DNA of 32,000 bases from Telmatocola sphagniphila (GCF_018398935.1 NZ_CP074694.1:6450001-6482000); one strand, 5' to 3'; counted from the stretch's first letter, positions 15,365-23,883 are shown. Made by a program: numbers and translations. The notes: a model not told the origin generated them from the sequence alone.

Positions 15365-16101
15365 ATGCCCATTCGCTTTGCCTGCCCTTCTTGTCTGGCT
15401 ACGCTTCAGATCGCGACGAAGAAGGCGGAAACCATAGTCAAGTGCCCAAAATGTAGCAGCAAAATAAAAGTTCCTAAAACACTCTTAAAAACGGAAGTAA
15501 AAAATAACGATAAAATCGTAATTCCTAATGAGGATATCAGAGAAGGATTTTTAATCGATCCGCCAATACAACAGGAGTCAAGTTCTCAGCGAAATTTAGA
15601 CTACGGATTTGAAGACATAAAAGAAAACTTTGGCAAATTCTGTACCGATTGCGGAGCAAAGATAAGAACTACTCCATGTCATTTGGATAAATTCGTTCCC
15701 GTAACTATAAAATTGTCGTCGATTTCTGCTTTATCTGAATTATTTACAACGAATTTTGCAATCTGAGAGGGAGTAAGGCTGAAATTTGTCCTAAATGCGG
15801 AATTCGCCAGCCCGTAGCTACTCCAATTAACACTGACTTTCACACTTCTAAAATCTCCTCGAGTGGGAACAAAACCGCTGCCGGTATTTTTGGCATTCTG
15901 CTTGGTGCGTTGGGAATTCACAAATTCGTTCTGGTGTTAACAACGCCAGGCATAATAATGTTACTCGTTTCAATTCTTAGCTGTGGCTGGGGAGCTATTC
16001 CGATGGGAATAGTAGGCTTCATCGAGGGTATAATATACCTTTCAAAAAGTGATGAAGACTTTTATGAAATTTACGTACTTAATAAACGAGCTTGGTTTTA
16101 A
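15365..16101 (+). pseudogene. frame-disrupted zinc-ribbon / TM2-domain membrane protein, island gene 3
   Basis: The 15365-15766 frame encodes an N-terminal CPSC...CPKC zinc ribbon and then KFCTDCGAKI. A different frame, open from 15739, encodes EFCNLRGSKAEICPKCGIRQP...AAGIFGILLGALGIHKF...GIIMLL...GFIEGIIYLSKSDEDF. That is a TM2-domain signature, and it has no ATG/GTG start upstream of it. Confidence 0.6.
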
Positions 16102-16148
16102 GTTATGTGGACTTTCTATAACCACCCGCGACGATTCTCACGTAAATT

Positions 16149-16362
16149 GTGGTGGGTGGCGCTGGCGAATCTTTCATTGCGAAAAGGATTGGACGTCTGA
16201 AATGGCTTCAATCGCTATCCAGTGATGATTTGGAGAAAGGAATTCATTGGGGTAGCTTCTTGAGTGAGGTCGTTATCACGAACGCACTGGCAAATAGCCA
16301 CTCCCACCCAAGAAAGTCAGGATAGCAGGTTAGGCAACCAGGAGGATCCTATTAGTTCCACC
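16149..16362 (+). repeat. island repeat, copy C; contains the only intact version of the repeat-borne small ORF (16149-16325)
   Basis: It aligns with copies A and B. Translation from the GTG at 16149 gives 58 codons, (M)VGGAGESFIAKRIGRLKWLQSLSSDDLEKGIHWGSFLSEVVITNALANSHSHPRKSG, then a stop. This falls below the 60-aa cut-off of the track. Confidence 0.8.
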
Positions 16363-16577
16363 TGGCGCTTCTTCCCATCTTCTCACCCGAAATTTTTTCG
16401 ACAAGATTCCCCCGAATTCTGAGCAACTTTCTCATCGGCAGCGTTCTTACGGGTGAAAGGTCGAACCCGGCCTTATTGAGCTTGGTAGGGCACGCTGAAT
16501 AACTGCCCGACAAGTCGGAAATCAGAAGGATCCGATTTCCCCCGACGTTTTTGGGATCGATGGAGTGAAAAGAGACT

Positions 16578-17873
16578 ATGAAGACGCGCAAGGCGGCAAA
16601 TCTGCATTCCTGGAAAAGCTCTGTATCGCTTCGGATTGAGGAATTAAACGAGCGTATTGTCCTATCCACCGTTACTCCAATCACCGTGGATACCCGGGCG
16701 CTGGGAGCGATGAACGCCACCCTCGAGAAATATGCCGTGACGGCGGCCGTCCAGGCCTCCTTTTCCGGGCCATTGACGGGTACGATTCAAGGGACCTATA
16801 CAACGCCGCAAACCTCTTCGAACGCCGGTACGAAATATACGCTTCAGGGCACTGCGAATCTCACCAATTTCGGTCAGGCGACCGTAACCGGTTCGGTCAC
16901 ATCCGTTGGCATCATCCAGACGGGCAACGCCATCGGAAATCTGGTCATCAGCAATTCCCAGGGAAGTGCCATCCTATCGTTGACGGGCCCCTCTCAGCTC
17001 AGCGGCGCGACGTTGCCGAATACCTTCACTTACAAGGTGATTTCCGCAACGGGGGCCTTCAGTTCGATAACCACTCAGGGATCTCTAACGATGGCGCTCG
17101 ACAGTCTGGGACACTGGTCGACGAATCTGAATATCACCAGCCTGAACGGCGTGGCTCAAGGCACATACTCCGCCGTGCGATCCAATCCCGACTTTGGCAC
17201 CAGCTACACTTTGAAAGGCACTATCAACATCACCGGTTTGGGGAGTTACAATCTCGCCGGGTCGGTGCAAAGTCTGGGAAATGTGGCCGTCGGGCAGGCT
17301 CAAGGGCAACTTGTGATTAGCAATTCGTTGGGTTCGATCACATTATCGATAACCGGACCGCAGCAGAAAGGATTCGCCGCTCTTCCGGGGACGTTCTCCT
17401 GCAGTGTTGTGAATGCAACCGGTGTTTTCAGTCCTGCCACTTTAGTGAACTCCTTTCAACTCACCTTGAACTCCAACGCCACATTCTCTGCGACTTTCGG
17501 CTCGGCCACGACACCTCCTCCCGCGGATTCGGGTTACGGGTCGCTGGTCGATTCGTTCTACCAGAAGTATCTGCATCGCGAAGCGGAACCGGCCGGTCGG
17601 CAGGTGTGGATTGCAGCTTTGCAGAAGGGATTGTCCGCGAAGCTATTGACGGAATATTTCCTCAGTTCCTCCGAGTATCTGCAATTGCATGGAGCGAGCC
17701 AGGCGACCTATGTTCGGGCCATCTATACCGACATTCTGGGAAGGCCCGGTTCCGAACAGGAAATTGCCACCTGGGTTAATGTGTGGAATGCCGGGGTGGG
17801 GCAGAAGAAAGTGCTGCAGTTCATCCTGAGCTCGCCGGAAGCGGCCTCGAAGAATCCCACGCTGCGGACGTAA
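16578..17873 (+). CDS. secreted repeat protein with a C-terminal DUF4214 domain
   Basis: It has an N-terminal LRIEELNERIVLS motif, the planctomycete-style N-terminal signature. Two ~95-aa internal repeats are present. The C-terminus, VDSFYQKYLHREAEPAGRQVWIAALQKG...SSSEY and IYTDILGRPGSEQEIATWV, matches DUF4214 repeats. Confidence 0.85.
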   Translation: MKTRKAANLHSWKSSVSLRIEELNERIVLSTVTPITVDTRALGAMNATLEKYAVTAAVQASFSGPLTGTIQGTYTTPQTSSNAGTKYTLQGTANLTNFGQATVTGSVTSVGIIQTGNAIGNLVISNSQGSAILSLTGPSQLSGATLPNTFTYKVISATGAFSSITTQGSLTMALDSLGHWSTNLNITSLNGVAQGTYSAVRSNPDFGTSYTLKGTINITGLGSYNLAGSVQSLGNVAVGQAQGQLVISNSLGSITLSITGPQQKGFAALPGTFSCSVVNATGVFSPATLVNSFQLTLNSNATFSATFGSATTPPPADSGYGSLVDSFYQKYLHREAEPAGRQVWIAALQKGLSAKLLTEYFLSSSEYLQLHGASQATYVRAIYTDILGRPGSEQEIATWVNVWNAGVGQKKVLQFILSSPEAASKNPTLRT

Positions 17874-17896
17874 GATTCCTCGATCTGGTGAATTGG

Positions 17897-19201
17897 CTAC
17901 TTCTTCAGATCGTAGCAGTAAATGAACTCCTGATCACGAAGATAGAGTTTTCCACCGGAAATCACCGGCTGCGTCCAGTTCTCCCCGCTGGGAAGCCGGT
18001 TGGCCGACTGGCGGGGCAGTTTTAATCGGCCTTTCTCGGTCCACCCCTTGGGGCTGGCTTCAATTAATACGACCACGCCGCCGCGCTCGGCCTGGCAATA
18101 GAGCATACCGTCGGCGTAGGCGATGGAGCCGCGGCCGAGCGAGTCTTTATCGTCCCAGAGATTTTTTCCGGTTTTAAATTCCTGGCAGAACCAGCCCTTG
18201 TTTTCCGAATGGCCGTACAAATAGCCATCGACGATTACCATGCCGCCATCGCGATTTTCGACGTTTTTGTTTGAGAAGATTTTGTGCACGGTGAATTGCC
18301 CTTTTTCCAGAGCGATCTGAATGAGATCGCAGCCCTGACCGAACCCGACGCTCGAAAAAATGTAGTCATCCTGAAGGATCGGCGTGGCTACCACCACATC
18401 GTCATAAGGGGTTTCCCGTTTGTACCTCCACAATAGCTTGCCGTCTTTGGCTGATATGCCAACGATTCCGGAATTGAGAACTTGGATAAATTGCCGTACC
18501 CCACCAAGATCCGCCACTACCGGCGAGGAATAACTGGCTTGCTCGGCCACTTGCATCGATTGCCAGACCAATTCACCGGAGGATTTTTTCAGGGCGATCA
18601 TCAAACCTTTTTTACCTCCGCAGGAGCAGATAAGGTTTTCACCATCGACGAGCGGTGCGGCCGCGTAGCCCCAACCCAGAGGTGTGGGTTCTTCGGTTCC
18701 GCCGCCGATCGGGTTCACTTCGCCGCCGAAATCTCGCGGGAGATTTTTCCGCCAGCGCTCGCTTCCCGATTTTCGATCGACACAAACCAGATCGCCGTTG
18801 CCGCCCAGGGCGTAGACCGAATCGCCGTCGACCGTGGGCGAAACATTTGGCCCGCGATTCCACTTGTTGCCTTGCCATTTGAACAGCGGGCCGATCTTGG
18901 CCTGCCAGATTTCCGTTGGGGTTTCCTTGGAGAGATCGAGACAAATGACGAATTCCGTATTTCCCCGGCCGACGGAGGTGTACAAATTGGTTCCCACAAT
19001 CACCGGCCCAGCGTAGCCGACACCGGCTTTGTCGAAAGTCCAGAGCAGCTTGGGGCCGTTTTGGGGCCATTCTTTCAATAAGCCGGTTTCGCTCGATTTC
19101 CCATCGCGGTGCATTCCTCGGAATTGTGGCCAGTCTTCCGCCAGGGTAGCGGCCGGGGTGAAAGATACGAGGATTGATACCCAGAGAAGCACGCGGTACA
19201 T
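17897..19201 (-). CDS. PQQ-like beta-propeller repeat protein (BamB-like fold), secreted
   Basis: A signal peptide (MYRVLLWVSILVSFTPAATLA) is followed by EDWPQFRG..., the typical N-terminus of planctomycete PQQ-repeat propellers. G/W-rich blade repeats recur throughout. Confidence 0.88.
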   Translation of the reverse strand: MYRVLLWVSILVSFTPAATLAEDWPQFRGMHRDGKSSETGLLKEWPQNGPKLLWTFDKAGVGYAGPVIVGTNLYTSVGRGNTEFVICLDLSKETPTEIWQAKIGPLFKWQGNKWNRGPNVSPTVDGDSVYALGGNGDLVCVDRKSGSERWRKNLPRDFGGEVNPIGGGTEEPTPLGWGYAAAPLVDGENLICSCGGKKGLMIALKKSSGELVWQSMQVAEQASYSSPVVADLGGVRQFIQVLNSGIVGISAKDGKLLWRYKRETPYDDVVVATPILQDDYIFSSVGFGQGCDLIQIALEKGQFTVHKIFSNKNVENRDGGMVIVDGYLYGHSENKGWFCQEFKTGKNLWDDKDSLGRGSIAYADGMLYCQAERGGVVVLIEASPKGWTEKGRLKLPRQSANRLPSGENWTQPVISGGKLYLRDQEFIYCYDLKK

Positions 19202-19404
19202 TTTTAAGCCCTCTTTGATGCGGTCGAGGAAGCGGCGGAGCTAATAGTTCTTTAGCAATTCTGATGGGGATCATGTTGAGATTTCGTGAAATTGCACCAT
19301 GACAGCCGCTGGGAGCGCTTTCTCTTCTCGACTAATCGCCAGTAGAGTCTTATAAAAATTTGTTCGGTATCTTTCTTGTAACACGCATGGTCTGGGGAAG
19401 CACG

Positions 19405-20508
19405 ATGGGCTTTAAGTGTGGTATTGTCGGTTTGCCGAACGTCGGAAAATCGACCCTGTTTAATGCCCTGTTATCGACCATGCAGGCGGAAGCCGCCAAC
19501 TATCCTTTTTGCACCATCGAACCGAATCTGGGCCGGGTCCAGGTCCCCGATGATCGGCTGCAGAAATTAGCTGCCATTGCCGGTTCGGCCACCATCATTC
19601 CCACCCAATTGGAATTCGTGGATATCGCCGGTCTGGTGCGCGGGGCCAGCAAAGGGGAAGGGCTCGGTAACAAGTTTCTTTCCCACATCCGTGAGGTCGA
19701 TGCGATTCTCTATGTTCTGCGCTGCTTCGAGGATGGCGACATTGTCCACGTCGAGAATAATATCGATCCGTTGCGCGATGCCGAGATCGTGGAAACCGAA
19801 CTGATGCTGGCCGACCTGGAAAGCGTCGAGAAGCGGCTGCCGCCGTTGCAGAAACGAGCCAAGGGGGGCGACGTCGAGGCCATTGAACAAGTTACTGTGA
19901 TGGAGAGGGTGTTGAAGGCCGTGGCGGAGGGTAAGCCGGCGCGCTCGATTGAAATCAAGAATGCGAGTGAGAAGAAAGCGCTGGAGATGCTGCATCTCCT
20001 GACCTCCAAGCCGATTCTGTTCATCTGCAACGTCGATGAAGGGTCCGCGGCGACCGGCAACTCTCTCTCGGCCAAGGTGGAAGAAATGGCCAAGAAGCGA
20101 AATGCTCCCTGTGTAGTCATTTCTGCTCGAATCGAAGCGGAAATCTCGATGCTGCAGAGCGATCAGGAAAAGAAAGAGTTTCTGGATTCGCTCGGGCTGC
20201 CCGAGACCGGTTTGTCGCGGATCATCAAAGCCGGGTACTCGCTGCTCGATTTGGTGACTTATTTCACGGTCGGGCCGAAGGAAGCGCGGGCGTGGACGAT
20301 CCCGATTGGAACTACCGCACCGCAGGCGGCCGGGGTGATTCATACCGATTTCGAGCGAGGTTTCATTCGGGCCGAGACGATTGCCTACCCCGATTACGTC
20401 GAACACAACGGCGAGTCGGGAACCAAGAAGGCCGGGAAGTTCCGGCTGGAAGGCAAAGAGTACATCGTGCAGGATGGCGATGTGCTGCACTTCCGTTTTA
20501 ACGTTTAA
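19405..20508 (+). CDS. ychF: redox-regulated ribosome-binding ATPase YchF
   Basis: MGFKCGIVGLPNVGKSTLFNAL (Walker A) is the canonical YchF N-terminus, and the C-terminal TGS-like end is DGDVLHFRFNV. Length is 367 aa from the ATG at 19405; the track start at 19360 adds non-conserved residues. Confidence 0.95.
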   Translation: MGFKCGIVGLPNVGKSTLFNALLSTMQAEAANYPFCTIEPNLGRVQVPDDRLQKLAAIAGSATIIPTQLEFVDIAGLVRGASKGEGLGNKFLSHIREVDAILYVLRCFEDGDIVHVENNIDPLRDAEIVETELMLADLESVEKRLPPLQKRAKGGDVEAIEQVTVMERVLKAVAEGKPARSIEIKNASEKKALEMLHLLTSKPILFICNVDEGSAATGNSLSAKVEEMAKKRNAPCVVISARIEAEISMLQSDQEKKEFLDSLGLPETGLSRIIKAGYSLLDLVTYFTVGPKEARAWTIPIGTTAPQAAGVIHTDFERGFIRAETIAYPDYVEHNGESGTKKAGKFRLEGKEYIVQDGDVLHFRFNV

Positions 20509-20523
20509 ACGTCTCCGCCCGTA

Positions 20524-21498
20524 TTAGGGAATCGGCAGCTTCCCGAGAATCGCTTTCACCACGTCATCCGGTTTCTTCTCCTGCGATTCGCCTTCGTAGG
20601 ACATGACAATGCGATGGCGAAGCACATCGTAACTCAGGCTGCGAATATCATCCGGATTCACATAGTCGCGACCGGCCAGCAGGGCCTGAGCTTTGGCGAT
20701 GCGGGCCAGGGCGATGGTGGCTCGCGGGCTGGCACCGAATTGAATCCAGCCGCCGATGTCGAGTTGGTACTCTTCGGGATGCCGGGTCGCCCGGACGACG
20801 TCGACGATATAGTTTTTTAATTTGGGATCGAGATGGATCAAATCCACCGCTGCTCGTAACTGCTTCAATTCTTCCAGGCCCATAACTGGCTCGAGTTTCG
20901 GCGGGTTGGCGATGGGGGCCTGTCTATCGAGAATTTGCAGTTCTTCGTCCCGGCTTGGATAGCCGACCACCGCTTTTAGAAGAAATCGATCGAGCGATGC
21001 CTCAGGAAGTGGATAAGTCCCTTCCTGATCGATGGGGTTCTGAGTGGCCAGAACGAGAAACGGCTCGGGAAGCGGAAAAGTCGTTTCGCCGATGGTGACC
21101 TGTCGTTCCTGCATGGCTTCCAGCAGGGCCGACTGGACTTTGGCCGGGGCGCGGTTGATCTCATCGGCGAGTAAGATTCCGGCGAAGATTGGCCCCTTGC
21201 GGATGCGAAATTCCCCGGTCTGCGGCTGATAGATCTGCGTGCCCAGAATGTCGGCTGGCAGAAGATCCGGCGTAAATTGAACGCGATGGAAGGGAAGATT
21301 CAATAGACTGGCGAGGGTTCGGATGGCCAGAGTTTTGGCAAGCCCGGGCAATCCTTCGAGCAGCATGTGCCCATCCGAGAGCAAGACGACCATCAGTTTC
21401 TGGAAAAGTGGCTTCTGGCCGACGACCAATCGGGAGAAGTTCGCTTCCAGTTTATCCAGTTGGGTCTGAATCTCTTCCCGTAACTTTGCTGAAGACAT
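20524..21498 (-). CDS. MoxR-family AAA+ ATPase
   Basis: GLPGLAKT (Walker A), LLADEINRAPAKVQSALLEAMQERQVT (Walker B plus the MoxR signature) and a length of 324 aa. Confidence 0.95.
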   Translation of the reverse strand: MSSAKLREEIQTQLDKLEANFSRLVVGQKPLFQKLMVVLLSDGHMLLEGLPGLAKTLAIRTLASLLNLPFHRVQFTPDLLPADILGTQIYQPQTGEFRIRKGPIFAGILLADEINRAPAKVQSALLEAMQERQVTIGETTFPLPEPFLVLATQNPIDQEGTYPLPEASLDRFLLKAVVGYPSRDEELQILDRQAPIANPPKLEPVMGLEELKQLRAAVDLIHLDPKLKNYIVDVVRATRHPEEYQLDIGGWIQFGASPRATIALARIAKAQALLAGRDYVNPDDIRSLSYDVLRHRIVMSYEGESQEKKPDDVVKAILGKLPIP

Positions 21499-21589
21499 AT
21501 TTTCCCGATTCTTAGGGGGTTGGGTGAGCGCTGCGTGTCCCGACCGCTTTGCTTTCTATAATCCGTTGTAGGCGATACCGGGACAAGGC

Positions 21590-22009
21590 ATGACCCTGAA
21601 AGAATTCGAAAAGACCGTTCGAGACGTCATGGAATCCCTGCCGTCGGAATTCTATCCGTTGATGGAAAATGTCACGGTGGAAGTGGCGGAAGAGCCGGAT
21701 CGGGAGTTGCTGGAACGGGCGGGATTTACCGAAGAGGAGATTCAGGAGGGGGATTCTCTCCTGGGTTTATTCGATCCGATGGAATTGCCTTCGCCCTGGT
21801 CGGGGGAAGCCATCGATACTCAGGATATGCCGCATACGCTCTGGATATTTAAGAACCCCCACGAAGAAGAATTCCCCGATCCAAAGAGGCTGAGGATAGA
21901 GATTCGCAAAACGGTGATCCACGAACTGGCCCACCATTTCGGCTTCACCGAACGGGACCTTCAGAAGTTTGACGATAACCCCAACCCTTTTTCGAAAGAG
22001 CAGGACTGA
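21590..22009 (+). CDS. small zincin-like metallopeptidase-family protein (DUF1025-like)
   Basis: It carries a HELAHHFG (HExxH) motif near the C-terminus and is 139 aa, acidic. The N-terminal ...LPSEFYPLMENVTVEVAEEP... is typical of this family. Confidence 0.8.
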   Translation: MTLKEFEKTVRDVMESLPSEFYPLMENVTVEVAEEPDRELLERAGFTEEEIQEGDSLLGLFDPMELPSPWSGEAIDTQDMPHTLWIFKNPHEEEFPDPKRLRIEIRKTVIHELAHHFGFTERDLQKFDDNPNPFSKEQD

Positions 22010-23883
22010 TGCCGTCATCGGAAGCAACCGCCGCAAGAAATTCCATTTTGTGGTTATGGCTGGCCAGCTTCGGCCGGGCGGCGGGGGAAAATGCGATTCG
22101 CGTTCTGATGCTGCGAAACCTCATTACCCGCGGTACGCCCGAAGAGTCGATGGTGAGCTCCTGCCGACTTCTATTTTTCTGGCTGGTGTTCGCCTGCTTG
22201 CCCGCTCTGGTACTTGCACCGCTGATCGGCGGCGTGGCGACCGGCCGTCCGCGGCGCGCGGTTCTGCTGGGCGGAACTCTCGCGGCGTTAGGGGTCATCG
22301 TTTTCTGCACATTCACCAAAGGGCCCTTGCTCAGCCTGGCCGGGGTGCTGGCGGTGGAATCGGTATTTTTTGCCTGTATCCGTTTCTCCGCGATAGCCCC
22401 TCTGACTAAACAAGCACGTTTGTCCGTATTGATGATTCAAGGGTTGATGCTCATTGCCACGCTCGGCGGGATGTTTCTCGGCTTCGAATATTCGTACGGT
22501 TTCGATCCCGAATTGAAGGTGCCGGAAGCCTCCCTACCTGAAGGATTGCAATTAGCTCTTGCCGGCTACACCCTGGCCTTTGTCGCGCTCTTATTTCTGA
22601 AACTCCCGGCGGAGGAAGGGAACTTCCTCCAGGAGGGCTTGATTGTCCCCTTTGTTCGGGCGGCCATCGGATCCCTGCGGGTGAAGTTGTTGCGGCGCAG
22701 TCTGATCGCTCTGACGCTCCTGTTTGCTTTACAGATGCTCAATTTCGTAATGATCTATTCGATTGAGAAGGATGCGGACGAGTATTACTATCCTCTGGCC
22801 ATTTTGATCGGCGTGGTTTGTGCGATGTTCTTCGATCATCCGTTTCGCTGTCTGGCGGTACTACCGGTGACCTCGCTGTTGGCAGTCGGGGTAGTGATTT
22901 GGGGCATGAGTTCGGGCGATTGGCAATGGCCCGGTCTGATTCTGGGGGGTCTGATCGGTTTTTGTTCCCTGGCTCCACTCACGCAACTCCACATCCATTC
23001 CCCGAATTCGCAGCGCGGCCGGATTTTCGCTTTTGCGTTCTCGCTCTGTGCCATCGTCACATTGCTCTGTTGCATTGCACTTTTGAAGTACGAGCGGAAT
23101 CCCGATCTGGGCCGGCACGACGTCGGATACGTCCTCCTGGCCGTGGCGGGAATTTTTGCCCTATTTAGCTGGGTCGCTTTTATGCGGCCTTTTGTGGAAG
23201 GGGTGACCGACTTGTGTCTGACGCCGTTTTACCGAATCCAGGCGGTGGGCGAGGATCTGTACGACATGCCCGCGAACGGCGCGATGCTGGTAATAGCTAA
23301 TCACGCCGCCTGGTTCGATCCTTTATGGCTGGCTAAGGTGCTACCCCGACCGACGACACCCATGATGACCGCATCGTTTTACGATCTGCCGGTCATCTCT
23401 TTTCTGATGCGAAAAGTCATCGGTACCATTCGCGTGCCGGAGATCGCGGTGAGGCGGGAAGCTCCCGAGATTCAGGAAGCAATCCAGGCTCTGGACCGTC
23501 AGGAGTGCGTCGTTCTGTTTCCCGAAGGCTATCTGCGCCGCAAAGAGGAACAACCGATCCGCCGGTTCGGTCGGGGGGTCTGGCAGATTGTTTCCGCCAA
23601 GCCCGAGCTACCGGTCTATGCCTGCTGGATCGAGGGGAGTTGGGGCAGCTTCTTTTCCTATATGAATGGCAAGCCGACCAAGAACAAGAAGTTTGATCGC
23701 TTGCGGAAAATTCGCATTGCCGTGAGGAAGATCGAACCGTTATTGCCGGAAACCCGGGCCAGTCACATGGCCACCCGACAGGCGCTGCTAGCCGAAGTGG
23801 TGAAATGCCGGGAGCTTCTGGGATTGCCCGACGTCAAACTGACGGCTTCCATGGAAGTTGAGGGGAAAGAGGGCGAGGGATAA
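22009..23883 (+). CDS. fusion protein: polytopic MFS/LplT-like membrane domain plus C-terminal PlsC-type acyltransferase
   Basis: About 400 N-terminal residues form many hydrophobic helices. The C-terminal part has the acyltransferase blocks VIANHAAWFDP (HxxxxD) and LFPEGYLRR (FPEG). The ATG overlaps the upstream stop as TGATG. Confidence 0.85.
   Translation: MPSSEATAARNSILWLWLASFGRAAGENAIRVLMLRNLITRGTPEESMVSSCRLLFFWLVFACLPALVLAPLIGGVATGRPRRAVLLGGTLAALGVIVFCTFTKGPLLSLAGVLAVESVFFACIRFSAIAPLTKQARLSVLMIQGLMLIATLGGMFLGFEYSYGFDPELKVPEASLPEGLQLALAGYTLAFVALLFLKLPAEEGNFLQEGLIVPFVRAAIGSLRVKLLRRSLIALTLLFALQMLNFVMIYSIEKDADEYYYPLAILIGVVCAMFFDHPFRCLAVLPVTSLLAVGVVIWGMSSGDWQWPGLILGGLIGFCSLAPLTQLHIHSPNSQRGRIFAFAFSLCAIVTLLCCIALLKYERNPDLGRHDVGYVLLAVAGIFALFSWVAFMRPFVEGVTDLCLTPFYRIQAVGEDLYDMPANGAMLVIANHAAWFDPLWLAKVLPRPTTPMMTASFYDLPVISFLMRKVIGTIRVPEIAVRREAPEIQEAIQALDRQECVVLFPEGYLRRKEEQPIRRFGRGVWQIVSAKPELPVYACWIEGSWGSFFSYMNGKPTKNKKFDRLRKIRIAVRKIEPLLPETRASHMATRQALLAEVVKCRELLGLPDVKLTASMEVEGKEGEG

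Noticed and set aside
14500-16330. RNase P- or SRP-RNA-like strings in the repeats (agaaagtcagg..., gtcaggtaggggaag...).
   Set aside because: These are only short word-level resemblances to GAGGAAAGUCC and GGUCAGGUCCGGAAGGAAGC. There are three divergent copies, and no surrounding conserved helices.
14343-16362. Island repeats as integron attC sites (cassette array / CALIN).
   Set aside because: No integron integrase is present. I could not find paired R''/R' cores (RYYYAAC...GTTRRRY) at the repeat ends; a lone GTTAGGC occurs only in copy C (16329-16335). The copies are conserved in sequence rather than only in structure, they are longer than typical attC sites, and one gene is inverted. This is still worth a formal attC covariance-model scan (IntegronFinder).
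16440-16480. tRNA-like GGTTCGA string (minus strand: gccgggttcgacc).
   Set aside because: The flanks do not form a T-arm stem, and no acceptor or anticodon arms can be drawn. No tRNA was found anywhere in the window by eye.
16352-16720. 122-aa minus-strand ORF.
   Set aside because: It overlaps the start of the well-supported DUF4214 gene by more than 140 nt, and its C-terminal end abuts the tail of repeat copy C. The composition is not convincing.
19360-19404. Longer N-terminal extensions from the ORF track for ychF (19360), trmL (24861), hisG (29791) and the 11488 ORF.
   Set aside because: The conserved family N-termini ([40 protein letters not shown]) begin at internal Met codons. The extensions are non-conserved or overlap neighbouring genes.
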